Notes under the pieces: model-generated | Told to the model about the DNA's origin: nothing | Seen by the model: only the letters and a program-made list of their open reading frames with translations | The model's database searches: none | Source of the DNA: Squalus acanthias | Lineage: Eukaryota | Direction of reading: 5' to 3' | Assembly: GCA_030390025.1 (NCBI GenBank) | Contig: CM059433.1 | Location: 12,836,001 to 12,900,000 of the forward strand | DNA length: 64,000 nt | Program-made: the position numbers and the translations under genes | Shown: positions 62,401 to 64,000 of the stretch, one piece after another | How positions within the stretch are numbered: position 1 is the stretch's first letter | How the letters are laid out: each line of letters begins with the position of its first letter

Positions 62401-63771
62401 TTTTTTTTTTTTTTTTACCTGTATGAATCAGAAAGGATTCCACTTCATCTTTTCGCAAGGATAAATACGTTTCAGCTTGCTTACAACCATCAGCATGCCA
62501 TTGCTTGCTCCCGAGGCAGCTGTCATAATGCCATAATTGTAAGGTCCTACCGTTATTTGAACCACAAAAATTAAATCTCAAGGTGGCCGCTGAGTAATCA
62601 AGCTATCCTCTGAAGCAGTGACATCTCTGTGTATCCCAGGGCACCAATTGAATACAAGTATAATGTGGTGCATACACCCACTCGAGTACTCATCCAGCGC
62701 TTCAAGTGCTTGGATACATCTGAGTGTGTTCTGCAATACAGCCTGGCTAAAGTTTCAAGCATTGTGGTAGAGTGCTGCATGCTGTATAATGTGCCTTGCA
62801 AAGAGGCATCATCATGGAGGTCACAGAGCAAGAAGACCCCAAGTGCAGCAAAGAGACGAACAATAGGAGCAGAGGCAGCTTGGAAAGCTTGTGAAAGGGA
62901 ACCTAATGCTAGTTGAGAGAGCCACTTGGCATGCCCTCATTCATGACTATTAATGCAGTGGGCATTTTGAAATGTTCCCACTGCATTAACTGTCCTATCT
63001 ACAGCTTCCCATGCCTGCCACAAATATTTGACACCAACGCCTTAAGTCTTCCAAGCAACTCACAAATACCACATTCCTGCTACTTGAAAATTCTTTCAAC
63101 AACACCCTTTATAAATATTCAGCTTCAGTACAACCAGATTGTTAATGCAATAACATGCTGTGTGTGAGTGTCGAGTGTTTGCTTCCATTGCGCTTCCCCT
63201 TGACGACATTGCATGATGTGCATGCTCTCATATCTAGTCTAGTGCATGATCTAGGTGCTACCTGAGTCGCTGGAGTACGTGACATGGCTGGCTGACGTGT
63301 GTGGAAAAGAACCTCTTGGGATGGAGGTGGTCCTTGTCACCTGACAGCTGAGTCCCGAGATAGACCAGCTGCAGGCTCCACCGTTTGGACAACTGCTCAG
63401 GCAACCTAGCCCTGTGCACTTTCTGTCATATGTGCAGCCATTGGATTGGAGATAGGAGCAGATGTGTTACAGTCCTGAGGGTCAGCACCATCATCCATGC
63501 TTCGTTCAGCCAATGCCTGTTCTGCGGCACACTGCCTTAATATGGTCACTGAGCACCATGACAGCAGTATTAATGGCACCACTCAGATCAGTGAAGCATA
63601 GTTCTGTGGTTCTTTCTAGCTGATCTGCAAGTCTTTCGAAACCACAAATCTTTATAACAAAAGTCTGAGCACTCCTGAAAGAATCACTAACTGGTCTTAG
63701 GCCTCTAGCATGGGGGGACTCTGCTGCAATTACTCTGGAGTTGTTGCATGCTCCATGCTGGATTGTAGTGC

Positions 63772-64000
63772 TGCAAAGGTTTGATAGGGTAGACTTAGAG
63801 GAGATGTTTCCATTTGTGAGGGAGTCCAAAACTAGGAGCCATAAATATAAGATAGCCACTAATAAATCCAATAAGGAATTCAGGAGAAACATCTTTACTC
63901 AGAGAGTGGTGAGAGTGTGGAACTCGCTACCACAGGGAGTAGTTGAGGTGAATAACATAGATACATTTAAGGGGAAGCTAGATAGGTACATGAGGGAGAC
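63772..64000 (+). mobile_element. CR1 3' fragment running off the window
   Basis: GFDRVDLEEMFP...FRRNIFTQRVVRVWNSLP. Confidence 0.85.

Larger units (their letters stand above)
59400..63770. pseudogene. Ancient Harbinger (transposase +, Myb-partner remnant -) split by two CR1 insertions
   Basis: Colinear transposase remnants: RLRFARET (~59460), ILQSDLQPR and AVRITTAL (60020-60095), VIDCTHI (~60290), MNQKGFH and GSCHNA (62420-62530), QRFKCLD and CCMLYN (62690-62790). Confidence 0.7.

Overview
Eukaryotic DNA, most likely from a cartilaginous fish (shark-type CR1, DeuSINE and Penelope repeats). The window lies inside the neuronal transcription-factor gene MYT1L (+ strand). Two coding exons (3563-3774 and 54906-55156) splice in frame across a ~51 kb intron. 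The introns are packed with transposons: many CR1 LINE fragments, two Neptune-type Penelope-like elements (PLEs) with uninterrupted RT + GIY-YIG ORFs, an RTE fragment, DeuSINEs, an LF-SINE-like copy, several PIF/Harbinger elements (DDE transposase plus a spliced Myb/SANT gene), GC-rich Harbinger-type MITEs with 3-bp target-site duplications (TSDs), a Tigger-like MITE and tandem repeats. The most notable non-ORF signal is six minimal hammerhead ribozyme (HHR) motifs from two PLE families, with covarying stems. Three of them sit in tiny TSD-flanked insertions, one of which is a 79-bp near-perfect hairpin ~240 nt upstream of the second MYT1L exon. Family assignments come from motif recognition by eye and recalled consensus sequences, with no database searches. 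Boundaries of degenerate repeats are approximate.
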